From an uncultured delta proteobacterium (GTDB taxonomy: Bacteria > Myxococcota_A > Polyangia > Fen-1088): a stretch of 64,000 nt of DNA. This document shows, piece by piece, positions 36,577 to 46,753 of this stretch (positions are counted from its first letter, which is position 1; the number at the start of each line of letters is the position of its first letter). A model generated the notes under the pieces. It worked only from the letters and a program-made list of their open reading frames with translations. It searched no databases and had not been told where the DNA came from. The position numbers were made by a program, and so were the translations under genes. The DNA lies in contig CAVWIP010000006.1 in the NCBI GenBank assembly GCA_963755125.1, positions 64,001-128,000 on the forward strand, written 5' to 3'.

Positions 36577-37032
36577 ATGATGAAAGGACCACTGACGAAC
36601 AGAGCGATTCTGCTGGTGGAGGACAACCCGAGTGACGTCGATCTGACCAAGCGGGCTTTCGAGAAGAGAAACCTCGTCAACACGCTGGTGGTGGTCCGCG
36701 ACGGACAGGAGGCGCTCGATTACCTGTTCGGCGTTGGCGCGTACGCGGGACGGGATGTCGCCGACGTGCCTGCCTGCATCCTGCTGGATCTCAAGCTGCC
36801 CAAGGTGGACGGGGTGACGGTCCTGCAGACCATCAAGAGCGACGCACGAACGCGCATGATCCCGGTCATCGTCCTGACCTCGTCGAACGAGCCCCGGGAC
36901 ATCAAGGCGTGCTACGGCCTGGGAACCAACAGCTACATCCGCAAGCCGGTCGACTTCGACGAGTTCGTCGAGGCGGTCAGCCACCTGGGGCTGTACTGGC
37001 TGGTGCTCAACGAGCCGCCGCCCATGGCTTGA
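36577..37032 (+). CDS. Single-domain response regulator (Rcp1-like)
   Basis: [31 protein letters not shown] tail. Confidence 0.93.
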   Translation: MMKGPLTNRAILLVEDNPSDVDLTKRAFEKRNLVNTLVVVRDGQEALDYLFGVGAYAGRDVADVPACILLDLKLPKVDGVTVLQTIKSDARTRMIPVIVLTSSNEPRDIKACYGLGTNSYIRKPVDFDEFVEAVSHLGLYWLVLNEPPPMA

Positions 37033-37045
37033 AGCGGCGGGACCG

Positions 37046-40000
37046 ATGAAGAAGCCGTCGGAAAAGTCCCTGCGCGTCCTCCTGGTCGAGGACGTGCCAA
37101 GCGACGCCGAGCTGCTGGTCCGCCATCTGACCCGCTCCAAATTCGCGGTCGAGCACCGCCGGGTGGACAGCGCCGAGGCCATGCGCCAGGCCCTGGCCGA
37201 GGGGACATGGGATCTGATCCTCTGCGACTACAAGATGCCGGGGTTCGATGCGCCCGCGGCTTTGCGGATCTACCAGGAGTGCGACCTCGACATCCCCTTC
37301 ATCGTGGTTTCCGGCACCATCGGCGAGGAAACCGCGGTGGAGATGATGAAGGCCGGCGCGCACGACTACCTGCTCAAAGGCAACCTGGGCCGGCTGGTTC
37401 CGGTCGTCGAGCGCGAGCTGCGCGAAACCGTCACCCGACGCGAGCACCGCCAGGCCGGTGAGGCCTTGCGCGCGAGCGAGCGTCGTTTGCGCGCGTTCTA
37501 CGAATCAGGTGTCGTCGGCGTTACCTTCTGGAACGCGAGTGGCCAGATCACGGACGCGAACGACGAATTTCTGAACATGGTCGGCTACTCCCGGGACGAC
37601 CTTGTCGCCGGCAAGGTCGACTGGATCAAGATGACGCCACCCGAGTACGCCCATCTCAACGAACTCGCAATGGCGGAACTCCGTGCCACCGGGTCCATCA
37701 AGACACCCAATGAGAAGGAATTCATTCGCAAAGACGGGACGAGGATTCCCGTCACTTTGACTGCTGCGACCACTGACGAAGATCGCACGTGTGGCGTGGG
37801 ATTCGCCCTCGACATCACCGAACGCAGGCGGGCGGAAGATGAGCTGCGGAGGAGCGAATTGCGATTCCGAGCGCTGATTGAACAAGCGCCAGTCGCTATC
37901 AGCCTTTCGCGCAATGGGCTCGGACTGTACGCAAATCCAAAGTGGCAAGAAATATTCGGTTTGCAAAGCGCGGAGGAGACTTTCGGCCAAGCGGTTGCCA
38001 ACTATTTTGCGCCGCAAGCCCGGGAGGAAAGCAAGGAACGCACTCGGCGTCGCTCGCAGGGACTCCCGGTGCCGACCGAGTTTGAATCTATCGGGTTGCG
38101 CCGTGACGGCTCACAATTCCCCATGCAGGTGACTGTTGCGCAGGTCCAGCTTTCAGACGGATTAGCCAATATTGCTTTTTTGACTGACATCACGGAGCGC
38201 AAGCGGGCCGAGCATGTGCAAGCCCGGCGCCAGCGGGAGATGGCTGCGATCAATCAAGTCATGACGGCCACCACCTCCACGCTGGACCTGCAGCAAGTGC
38301 TGGACACTCTTCTTGACAATTTGCGTGCGCTTTCGGGCGCGGATCGCGCCAGCGTCATGCTGCTGGACCAGAAGACCGACCTTCTGATTTCGGCAGCGGC
38401 CCGGGGATCGGACGGTCCTCTGCCGGCGACCCTGCGCCTGGCCAGCGGGCAGGGCGCGGCCGGGCAGGTGATCGAGAACGCGAAGCCACTGATCATTCCC
38501 GACGTCCGGAAGTCCACGCAGTTCATTCCGTCGCGCGGGCCAGAGCCCGACCAGGGTTCGCGCGTCCCAGGCGCCCTGGGCTACGCCGGCTTTCCCCTGA
38601 TCTCGCGCGGCCGTATGATCGGCGTCGCGTCGCTCATCACCACCACGCCACGGGACTTTTTGCCCGAGGAGATGACTTTTATCGAGACCATCTGCGGCGC
38701 CGCGGCCGTGAGCATCGACAATGCGCTGGCCCACCGCGAGATCCGTCGCCGCGCGGAGGCGCTGTCCAGCGAGTTCGCGATCCACAGGGACTACGCCGGG
38801 AACGTTCTGCGCAGCATTTCCGACGGAGTGGTCACCGTGGATGCGGCGAGGCGGATCGAGTCCTGGAGTCAGGGCGCGGAGGCCATCACGGGCTACACCG
38901 CACAGGAAGTGATAGGCAAGCTCTGCGGCGAGGTTTTCCAGGAGCTTGGCGCGGACGGGAAGCCCGTTCTCTGCCACACCAAGGATTGTCCGTTCGACGA
39001 GATCGAGCGCACCCGGAAGCCCTACCCCGCGCGCGAGATGGCTTGCATCCACAAAAACGGACAGCAGATCGCCATCGGCATGAGCGCCGCGCCGCTTTAC
39101 GACGACAAGGGCGAGTTCCAGGGCATCGTGAGGATCTTCCGTGACGTGTCCCGCGAGCGAGCGCTGATCGACGGCATCCGGCGCGCCGGCCAGGCCAAGA
39201 GCGTGTTTCTGGCCAACATGTCGCACGAGATCCGCACGCCCATGAACGCGATCCTTGGCTTCTCGCAGATCCTGCTCAAGGATCCGGCGCTGGCCGCGAG
39301 CCAGCGGCAGCACCTGGAGGTCATCTCCCGCAGCGGTGAGCACCTGCTGGAGTTGATCGACGACATCCTGGAGATGTCCAAGATCGAAGCAGGCCGCACC
39401 CCGCTGGCTCCTGCCAGTTTCAACCTGCGCGGGCTGATCACCGACCTGACCAGCATGTTCCGGATGCGCGCGGAGAGCAAAGGTCTGGATTTCGCCGTCA
39501 CAGTGGCCCCGGACGGGCCGGCGGTGCTGCTGGCCGACGAGAAGAAGCTGCGCCAGATCCTGATCAACCTGCTGGGCAACGCCATCAAGTTCACCGACAA
39601 GGGCTCGGTCCGCTGTGCCGTCGCGATCCGGCGGGAAGCGGACGGGGCACTGCGGCTGACTGTCGACGTGGAAGACACCGGTCCGGGAGTGGCAGCCATC
39701 GACGCCGAGCGCATCTTCCAGGCCTTCGAGCAGACCGAGGCCGGGGTCGGCGCCGGAGGCACCGGGCTGGGCCTGGCCATCAGCCGCCAGTTCGCCCGCC
39801 TGATGGGGGGAGACATCACCCTCGAGAGCGAGATCGGCCGGGGCAGCCGTTTCCGGCTCGACGTTCCCGTGGTGGTGGGAACCTCCGGCGGAACCACGCC
39901 CTCGGAGTTGCGCCGGCGCGTGGTCGGGATCAAGACGGGTCTGGGCGCCTTCCACGTGCTGGTGGTTGACGATGAGCCCGCGAACCGCCTCTTGCTGGTG

Positions 40001-40573
40001 GAGATGCTCAAAGCGGTCGGGTTCGGGACGCGAGAGGCCGCCAGCGGGGAGGAGGCCCTTGCCCTGGCGACCGAATGGCCGCCTGATGCGATCTTGATGG
40101 ACGTGCGCATGCCGGGCGGAAGCGGCCTGGACGCCATCCGGCGCTTGCGCGCGCGCGAGGCACAGCGGCGCATTCCCATCATCGCCGTCTCGGCCAGCAC
40201 CTTCGCGGAGGACCGCGGGCAAGCCCTGGCTGCCGGCGCCAGCGACTTTTTGGGCAAGCCCTTCCGCGAATCCGAGCTGCTGGAGAAGCTGCGCGCCGGT
40301 CTGGGCGTCGAATACGTGTACCTGGCAGCCACGCCGCGCGAGGATGGCGAGCCTGCCGGTGTGCCGGCTGGCCCCGGCCGGCTGCTCTTGGCGGCCAAGA
40401 CCGCCGAGCAGTTGCGCCAGGCGGCCGGTAGCGCCGATTACGGACGCATCATCGAGATCCTCGATGCCCTGGCCGGCACGGCCCCCGAGGCGGCGACTGC
40501 CCTGCGCGAGATTGTCGATCGCTTCGACTATCCCGCGCTGCTCGACCGCATCGGTGTTAAGGATGGTGCATGA
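37046..40573 (+). CDS. Hybrid histidine kinase (REC-PAS-PAS-GAF-PAS-HisKA-HATPase-REC plus helical tail)
   Basis: LCDYKMP, PAS/PAC repeats, GAF, MSHEIRTPMN, GGTGLGL, LMDVRMP. Confidence 0.95.
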   Translation: MKKPSEKSLRVLLVEDVPSDAELLVRHLTRSKFAVEHRRVDSAEAMRQALAEGTWDLILCDYKMPGFDAPAALRIYQECDLDIPFIVVSGTIGEETAVEMMKAGAHDYLLKGNLGRLVPVVERELRETVTRREHRQAGEALRASERRLRAFYESGVVGVTFWNASGQITDANDEFLNMVGYSRDDLVAGKVDWIKMTPPEYAHLNELAMAELRATGSIKTPNEKEFIRKDGTRIPVTLTAATTDEDRTCGVGFALDITERRRAEDELRRSELRFRALIEQAPVAISLSRNGLGLYANPKWQEIFGLQSAEETFGQAVANYFAPQAREESKERTRRRSQGLPVPTEFESIGLRRDGSQFPMQVTVAQVQLSDGLANIAFLTDITERKRAEHVQARRQREMAAINQVMTATTSTLDLQQVLDTLLDNLRALSGADRASVMLLDQKTDLLISAAARGSDGPLPATLRLASGQGAAGQVIENAKPLIIPDVRKSTQFIPSRGPEPDQGSRVPGALGYAGFPLISRGRMIGVASLITTTPRDFLPEEMTFIETICGAAAVSIDNALAHREIRRRAEALSSEFAIHRDYAGNVLRSISDGVVTVDAARRIESWSQGAEAITGYTAQEVIGKLCGEVFQELGADGKPVLCHTKDCPFDEIERTRKPYPAREMACIHKNGQQIAIGMSAAPLYDDKGEFQGIVRIFRDVSRERALIDGIRRAGQAKSVFLANMSHEIRTPMNAILGFSQILLKDPALAASQRQHLEVISRSGEHLLELIDDILEMSKIEAGRTPLAPASFNLRGLITDLTSMFRMRAESKGLDFAVTVAPDGPAVLLADEKKLRQILINLLGNAIKFTDKGSVRCAVAIRREADGALRLTVDVEDTGPGVAAIDAERIFQAFEQTEAGVGAGGTGLGLAISRQFARLMGGDITLESEIGRGSRFRLDVPVVVGTSGGTTPSELRRRVVGIKTGLGAFHVLVVDDEPANRLLLVEMLKAVGFGTREAASGEEALALATEWPPDAILMDVRMPGGSGLDAIRRLRAREAQRRIPIIAVSASTFAEDRGQALAAGASDFLGKPFRESELLEKLRAGLGVEYVYLAATPREDGEPAGVPAGPGRLLLAAKTAEQLRQAAGSADYGRIIEILDALAGTAPEAATALREIVDRFDYPALLDRIGVKDGA

Positions 40574-41697
40574 GCGAAGCGGCACCCCGGAAGGATGCGG
40601 CCGGCATCCTGATGGTCGACGACAACCCGGTCAACCTGCAGGTGCTGACCAGCATGCTCAAGCAGTCCGGCTGGCGGCCACGGCCGGTAACCAGCGGCCG
40701 TCTCGGGCTGCAGGCGGCACGCAACGAGCCGCCTGACCTGATCCTGCTCGACGTGAACATGCCTGAGATGAATGGGTACGAGGTCTGCGAGGCGCTCAAG
40801 GCCGACGCCCGACTGGCAGAGATTCCCGTGATCTTCGTCAGTGCGCTGGGCGAGACCATGGACAAAGTGAAAGGTTTCGCAGTGGGCGGCGTCGACTACG
40901 TCACCAAGCCTTTCCAGCTCGACGAGGTCAGGGCGCGGGTGACGGCCCACCTGGAAGTACGCCGCCAGCAGCGCGAGCTGCAGGCCAGTTATGAGAAGCT
41001 ACGCGAGACCGAACGTCTGCGCGACAACCTCGTACACATGATCGTCCACGATCTGCGCTCGCCGCTCACCGCGATCTCAGCCTACTTGGAGATGTTCGCG
41101 CAGGAGGCGAAGCAGAAGCTGGGGGCCGAGACCCAGCAGGACATCGCCAGTGCGATGCAGGCCACGCGCAACATGACCCGCATGATCAATGGAATCCTGG
41201 ACGTGAGCAAGATGGAGGCGCAGATGATGAAGCTCGATCTGCGCGAGTGCGATCTGGTGCAGGTGGTCGGGGCCAGCATGAACGATCTCGATTCGCTGGT
41301 GGGCGCTCGCCGCCTGGCCTTCGAGCGGCCGGCGGAACCGGTCCGGGTGCTCGCGGATCAGGAGATCGTCGCGCGCATCGTGCAGAATTTTCTGGCCAAT
41401 GCCCTGCGCTTCACCCCGGCCTCGGGCGAGATCCGCGTGGGCATCGTGGTCGAGGTGGACCACGTCCGGGTGTTCGTGGCCGACACCGGCCCTGGCATCG
41501 CTCCGGATTTCCACCGCAGCATCTTCGATAAGTTCGTGCAGGTGGGTGCCTCGGCGTTGGCAAGGAACCGCAGCACCGGGCTGGGCCTGGCCTTCTGCAA
41601 GATGGCGGTCGAGGCCCACGGCGGTCGCATCGGCGTGGACAGCGAGCTGGGCAAAGGGAGCAATTTCTGGTTCACCCTGCCGCAGCGGCAAGCGTAG
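40570..41697 (+). CDS. Hybrid response regulator / histidine kinase (REC-HisKA-HATPase)
   Basis: LLDVNMP, HDLRSPL, NFLANA, DTGPG, STGLGL. Confidence 0.93.
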   Translation: MSEAAPRKDAAGILMVDDNPVNLQVLTSMLKQSGWRPRPVTSGRLGLQAARNEPPDLILLDVNMPEMNGYEVCEALKADARLAEIPVIFVSALGETMDKVKGFAVGGVDYVTKPFQLDEVRARVTAHLEVRRQQRELQASYEKLRETERLRDNLVHMIVHDLRSPLTAISAYLEMFAQEAKQKLGAETQQDIASAMQATRNMTRMINGILDVSKMEAQMMKLDLRECDLVQVVGASMNDLDSLVGARRLAFERPAEPVRVLADQEIVARIVQNFLANALRFTPASGEIRVGIVVEVDHVRVFVADTGPGIAPDFHRSIFDKFVQVGASALARNRSTGLGLAFCKMAVEAHGGRIGVDSELGKGSNFWFTLPQRQA

Positions 41698-41703
41698 TCA
41701 GCC

Positions 41704-41762
41704 GTAGTCGTGGTCGTGGTCGTGGACGATTGGTGATCACCGACCACGACTACGACTACGAC
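41704..41762. repeat. Inverted hexamer-repeat hairpin between convergent genes
   Basis: GTAGTC GTGGTC GTGGTC GTGGAC ... GACCAC GACTAC GACTAC GAC. Confidence 0.7.
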
Positions 41763-43007
41763 CTATGCGGCTATCGTGGGATCGTGCTCGACCACCTCGG
41801 TGGGGGGACTCGGCTGTTCGGGCATGGGGGCCGGGCGGGCGAAGAGGAAGCCCTGCATGAGATCGACACCGAGCCCGACCAGGGTGTCGCGTTCCGATTC
41901 GGTTTCGACGCCTTCGGCGACCACGTTCACGTTCATCTCAGCGAAAAAGGATGTCATCGCGGCTATGACCTTGCGCCGGGTGGGCGAGCTGTCGACTCCG
42001 CGGACCAGAGACATGTCGTATTTCACGATGGTGGGCTGCAAGGCGGAGAAGCTGGAGAGATCCGCATCGCCGGCCCCCAGGTTGTCGATCGCAATGCCGA
42101 AGCCCAGGGCGCGCAGGCGCGCGACGCGAGCCTTGATGTCCGGCAACGACGAGAGGCAGGCCCGTTCGCTCAATTCGAGCACCACGCGATTCGCCACCTT
42201 GGAGAGTGCCGAGCCGGGGTCGAACAGGTGCTCATCGAGCAGATCGCTGCCGTGCAGGTTGACGAAGATGAAGCGCGCGGGCGCGCTCGGCACCTCGGCC
42301 GCCACCTGGTCACGCACGATGCGGCCCACCTCCGCCATGCGGTTCAGACGCTCGGCCGCGGAGAGAAACACGCAGGGGTTGGCCATGGTCGGCTCATCGG
42401 TGCGCAGCAACGCCTCGTAGGAGAAGATCCGTTGTTCCTTGCACGAGTAGACCGGCTGATAGGCCATCCAGATGGACTGCAGGGCGCGCTCGAACAGGTG
42501 CCTGAGGCTGTTGCGATCCTCGGCCGGGCTCCACGTGGCGCTCGCCAGATCGACCGCCATGCGGCGAAGCACCAGAACCCGGTGCATCTGCACCGAATCG
42601 ATGACGGCGTCTTGGAGTTGTGCCAGGGACAGGGGCTTGAGCAGATAGCGGAAGGCCGCGTGCTCTGCGGCGGTGCTGGCCGGGTCGAGGCGGGAGGTGC
42701 CGGTGATGAGAACCACCGGCATGTCGGGATCGCACCTCTGCGCAGCCTGCAACACACCCACTCCGTCCACGCAGGGCAGGTTGATGTCGGAAACAACCGC
42801 GTCGTAGGGATTGGCGAGCAGGAGACTGACAGCCTCCTCGCCGTTCGCGGCGCGGTCGACCTCGAATCCCGCGGCACCCAGGGCGCGCGCATAGGCACGC
42901 AACAGCAGATCGTCGTCCTCGGCGATGAGAACGCGGGATCCGACCGGGGCGGAGCGAGTGTCTTGGACTGTGCTCTCGACGGACACGGGGGCGGCAGTTG
43001 GGTTCAT
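41763..43007 (-). CDS. REC-EAL domain protein
   Basis: VLIAEDD, SDINLP; YQP, YEALLR, FVN, IAIDNLGAG, VAEGVET, QGFLFARP. Confidence 0.9.
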   Translation of the reverse strand: MNPTAAPVSVESTVQDTRSAPVGSRVLIAEDDDLLLRAYARALGAAGFEVDRAANGEEAVSLLLANPYDAVVSDINLPCVDGVGVLQAAQRCDPDMPVVLITGTSRLDPASTAAEHAAFRYLLKPLSLAQLQDAVIDSVQMHRVLVLRRMAVDLASATWSPAEDRNSLRHLFERALQSIWMAYQPVYSCKEQRIFSYEALLRTDEPTMANPCVFLSAAERLNRMAEVGRIVRDQVAAEVPSAPARFIFVNLHGSDLLDEHLFDPGSALSKVANRVVLELSERACLSSLPDIKARVARLRALGFGIAIDNLGAGDADLSSFSALQPTIVKYDMSLVRGVDSSPTRRKVIAAMTSFFAEMNVNVVAEGVETESERDTLVGLGVDLMQGFLFARPAPMPEQPSPPTEVVEHDPTIAA

Positions 43008-43019
43008 GCTTTCGGGGAG

Positions 43020-43035
43020 AGCAAGGCTCGTGCCG
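43020..43035 (-). promoter_or_regulatory. Putative sigma54 -24/-12 promoter
   Basis: Minus strand CGGCACG-AGCC-TTGCT, 12 nt before ATG 43007. Confidence 0.7.
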
Positions 43036-43147
43036 ACGCACGCAGGGAATTCGCGGGCCGGAACTGCCAGGGAGTTTGGCCGGCCGGGAAGAAAGGTTGT
43101 CGTCGTTCCGTCGTGCCGAGGGGGCGAAACAGGACGGAATTCCGGCG

Positions 43148-43208
43148 GCCACGACCACGACCACGTCTACGACCACGACCTCCTGCGGCTATCGCGGGAT
43201 TGCGGCGC
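43148..43208. repeat. Interspersed repeat, inverted copy of the 20996-21070 element
   Basis: (CACGAC)n tract followed by CTGCGGCTATCGCGGG. Confidence 0.7.
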
Positions 43209-43346
43209 GTCGGTTGCGTTGCGCGTTGTGGTGAACGGGAGTAGTCTTGCTCTTCAGGCTGGGCGGATGGCGTCTCTTCCCTTGCATCGGGGTGAGGGGA
43301 AGGCGGCGCGAGTACCTGGCGAAGGGCAGCGAACAGGGAGAACACC

Positions 43347-46019
43347 GTGAAGAAGAGGAATCCCGCGTGGCCAGCCAACGGGGTGAAAGCGCAGCGGCGC
43401 GATGCGCGTGTCCATGCGGGCAAAGCCGGCCATGCGCCCGAACCGGTGCGGCTGCGCGGATCCGGGGCGGCTTCCGCGAAACCCGCCGCCTTCCCCATCA
43501 TCGGTATCGGCGCCTCGGCAGGCGGGCTGGAAGCCCTCGATCAGTTCTTCCGCCACGTGCCCGACCGGAGCGGGCTGGCCTTCGTCGTGGTCCAGCACCT
43601 GGACCCGACCCACAAAGACATGATGGTGGAGCTGCTCGCGCGCGCCACCCCGATGAAGGTGGTCCAGGTCAAAGATCGCCTGATGGTCGAGCCCGATCAC
43701 GTCTACGTGATTCCCCCGAACAAGAATCTGTCCATCCTGCACGGGGTGCTGCACCTGCTCGCGCCCGCGGCGCCGCGCGGGCTGCGCCTGCCCATCGACT
43801 TCTTCTTCCGCGCCCTGGCCGCTGATCTGCGTGACCGCAGCGTCGGCGTGATTCTCTCGGGCATGGGATCGGACGGCACCCTGGGCCTGCGGGCCATCAA
43901 GGAGCAGGCGGGGGCTGTGTTCGTGCAGGCGCCAGCCTCGGCCAAGTTCGACGCCATGCCTCGCAGCGCGATCGACGCCGGGGTGGCCGACGTGGTGGCG
44001 CCGGCCGAGGAGCTGGCGGGCAAGATCGTGGCCTATCTGGCGCACACTCCGACCGGCGTCCGGCCGGAGCTGGCCCTGGCCTCGAAAACCCAGAGCGCCA
44101 TCGAGAAGATCTGCATCCTGCTGCGCAGCCAGACCGGCAACGATTTTTCGCAATACAAGCGCAGCACCATCTACCGCCGCATCGAACGGCGCATGGGCTT
44201 GCACCAGCTCGACAGCATCGCCGGCTACGTGAGCTACCTGCAGGAAAGCCCGCAGGAAGCGGCGCTGCTCTTCAAGGAACTGCTCATCGGCGTGACCAGC
44301 TTCTTCCGCGATCCACCAGCCTGGGAACAGCTTACGAAAAAGGCGATCCCCGCGCTGCTGGCGGAGCGCGGCCCGGGCACAGCCTTGCGCGCCTGGGTTC
44401 CGGGATGTTCGACCGGCGAGGAGGCCTACGCGCTGGCCATCGCGTTCAAGGAGGCGCTGGCCGGGTCGCGACCCACCGGCCGCCTGTCCCTGCAGATTTT
44501 CGCCACCGACCTGGACAAGGACGCCATCGAAAGGGCGCGCCAGGGAAACTATCCCGCGAACATCGCGGGTGATGTTTCGGCGGATCGGCTGCGCCGGTTC
44601 TTCGTCGAGGAAGAGCACGGCTGGCGTGTGGGCCCCGAGATCCGCGAGATGGTGGTCTTCGCCACCCAGAACATCATCATGGATCCGCCCTTCACCAAGC
44701 TCGACATGCTGAGCTGCCGCAACCTGCTCATCTACCTGACGCCCGAGCTGCAGAAGCAGCTGCTGCCGCTGTTTCACTACAGCCTCAATCCCGGCGGGCT
44801 TCTCTTCCTGGGCAGCGCGGAGTCGCTGGGCGCGGCTGCCGAGCTGTTCTCGCCGGTGGACGGCCGGGCGCGCATCTACCGCCGGCTGGATGTCACGGGG
44901 CCAGCCGAACCGGTCGAGTTTCCAGCCGCGTTCCACGCCCGTCCGTCCGCGGTGGAACCCAGCGCCGCCGGCAAGGCGCCCGCGCCCAACCTGAGCGCGC
45001 TGGCCGATCGGCTCCTGCTGCAACGCTTTTCGCCGGCCGCGGTGCTGACCAACCAGCAGGGCGACATCCTGCATATCTGCGGTCGCACCGGCAAGTACCT
45101 GGAGCCGGCGGCGGGCAAGGCCAACTGGAACGTCCATGCGATGGCGCGCGAGGGGTTGCGCCACGAGTTGGGCAGCGCATTCCAGAAAGTGCTGCGCGAG
45201 AGACGGCCGGTGGTCCGGGCGGGCGTGAAGATGGGGAGCAACGGGGCCGTGCAGTCCGTGGATATCACCGTGGAGCCGTTGCTAGAACCCGAGGGGCTGC
45301 GCGGGATGGTGCTGATCGCGTTTGCCGATGCGGCCGTGCCCCCGGCGGTCGAGCGGGTGGGCAAGAGCAGGCCGGCCCCCGCGGCGCTGGCCAGGACGGA
45401 GCGGGAACTGCGCCAGGCGCGCGAGGAACTGCAGACCACGCGCGAGCAGATGCAGACCTCGCAGGAGGAACTCAAGTCAGCCAACGAGGAGCTGCAGTCG
45501 ACCAACGAGGAGTTGCAGAGCACCAACGAGGAGCTGACCACCTCCAAGGAGGAGATGCAGTCGCTCAACGAGGAGCTGCAGACCCTGAACCACGAGCTGC
45601 AGGCCAAGGTGGACGATCTGTCGCGCGCCAACGATGACATGCGCAACCTGCTCGACAGCACCGACATCGCCACCCTGTTCCTCGACGCCCGGCTGAATGT
45701 ACGGCGCTTCACCGCCCAGATGACCAAGATCATCAAGCTGATCCCGGGCGACGTCGATCGGCCCATCACCGACCTGGCCTCTGACCTCGTCTATCCCGAG
45801 CTGCCCGCCGACGCGCGCATGGTGCTGCAGACCCTGGCGTTCAAGGAGACCCAGGTCACCACCGTCGACGGGCGCTGGTTCTCGGTGCGCATAATGCCCT
45901 ACCGCACGATGGACAACCGGATCGACGGGCTCGTGATCACCTTCGTCAACGTCACCGCCGCCAAGCTCCTGGAGGCGACCTTGCGCAGCAGGCAGGCGGA
46001 GCCGGAGAGGGCTGAATGA
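43347..46019 (+). CDS. cheB: CheB/CheR fusion protein with coiled coil and PAS
   Basis: GIGASAGG, VQHL, LSGMGSDG (CheB); IGVTSFFRD, GCSTGEEAY, CRNLLIY (CheR); NEELQS heptad repeats. Confidence 0.95.
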   Translation: MKKRNPAWPANGVKAQRRDARVHAGKAGHAPEPVRLRGSGAASAKPAAFPIIGIGASAGGLEALDQFFRHVPDRSGLAFVVVQHLDPTHKDMMVELLARATPMKVVQVKDRLMVEPDHVYVIPPNKNLSILHGVLHLLAPAAPRGLRLPIDFFFRALAADLRDRSVGVILSGMGSDGTLGLRAIKEQAGAVFVQAPASAKFDAMPRSAIDAGVADVVAPAEELAGKIVAYLAHTPTGVRPELALASKTQSAIEKICILLRSQTGNDFSQYKRSTIYRRIERRMGLHQLDSIAGYVSYLQESPQEAALLFKELLIGVTSFFRDPPAWEQLTKKAIPALLAERGPGTALRAWVPGCSTGEEAYALAIAFKEALAGSRPTGRLSLQIFATDLDKDAIERARQGNYPANIAGDVSADRLRRFFVEEEHGWRVGPEIREMVVFATQNIIMDPPFTKLDMLSCRNLLIYLTPELQKQLLPLFHYSLNPGGLLFLGSAESLGAAAELFSPVDGRARIYRRLDVTGPAEPVEFPAAFHARPSAVEPSAAGKAPAPNLSALADRLLLQRFSPAAVLTNQQGDILHICGRTGKYLEPAAGKANWNVHAMAREGLRHELGSAFQKVLRERRPVVRAGVKMGSNGAVQSVDITVEPLLEPEGLRGMVLIAFADAAVPPAVERVGKSRPAPAALARTERELRQAREELQTTREQMQTSQEELKSANEELQSTNEELQSTNEELTTSKEEMQSLNEELQTLNHELQAKVDDLSRANDDMRNLLDSTDIATLFLDARLNVRRFTAQMTKIIKLIPGDVDRPITDLASDLVYPELPADARMVLQTLAFKETQVTTVDGRWFSVRIMPYRTMDNRIDGLVITFVNVTAAKLLEATLRSRQAEPERAE

Positions 46020-46753
46020 CGAAAAAGACTGGCACCAGGGATCCGGGCGAGCTGCGCCGCCAGGCCGAGAAGCGGCTTCCCAGGATCCGCGACGGTGCCG
46101 TCGCGGCGGCCGCGGTGCCGGAATCCGCGGGCCTGGTCCACGAGCTGCAGGTCCACCAGGTCGAGCTGGAGATGCAGAACGAGGAACTGCAACAGGTCCG
46201 CGCAGACCTGGAGGAGTCGCTCTCGCGCTTCACCAATCTGTACGAGTCCGCGCCGGTGGGTTACCTGACCCTCGGCCGTGACGGCACCATCCGTCAGGTG
46301 AATCTGACCGGCGCGCGCCTGCTGGGCCTGGAGCGCACGCACCTGGTCGGCAGGCGCATGGGCGTTCTGCTCGCCGCCGGATCACGCCCGGTCTTCGACA
46401 CGTTCCTTGGCAAAGTGTGGGGCAGTGAGAGCAAGGAAGCCTGCGAGGTCGTGTTGCACGCGGAAGGAGCGCCGTCGCTCGCTCTGGAACTCACCGGCAC
46501 GGCCGGGGAGGGCGGCCAAGAGTGCCGGGTGGTCGCGTCCGACATCTCCGAGCGCAAGCGCGCGGAAGAACGGATCAAGGCCCAGGTCGAGGAACTCCAG
46601 CGCTGGCACGACGTGATGCTGGGCCGCGAGGACCGCGTGCAGGAACTCAAGCGTGAGGTCAACCAACTGTGCCACCGCCTGGGCGAGCCCGCGCGTTATC
46701 CCAGCCAGCAAGGCGACCCGGCTAAGGTTCCGGCCAGGAAGCCTGGGTCATGA
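46016..46753 (+). CDS. PAS-domain protein with coiled coils
   Basis: HELQVHQVELEMQNEEL, APVGY PAS, DISERK, GREDRVQELKREVN tail; overlaps both neighbours. Confidence 0.85.
   Translation: MTKKTGTRDPGELRRQAEKRLPRIRDGAVAAAAVPESAGLVHELQVHQVELEMQNEELQQVRADLEESLSRFTNLYESAPVGYLTLGRDGTIRQVNLTGARLLGLERTHLVGRRMGVLLAAGSRPVFDTFLGKVWGSESKEACEVVLHAEGAPSLALELTGTAGEGGQECRVVASDISERKRAEERIKAQVEELQRWHDVMLGREDRVQELKREVNQLCHRLGEPARYPSQQGDPAKVPARKPGS

Noticed and set aside
41704..43208. Hexamer tracts as a CRISPR array
   Set aside because: No 25-45 bp repeats with unique spacers and no cas genes
45470..45600. Repeated AACGAGGAGCTGCAG units
   Set aside because: Ordinary NEELQS coiled-coil heptads of CheB/CheR fusions
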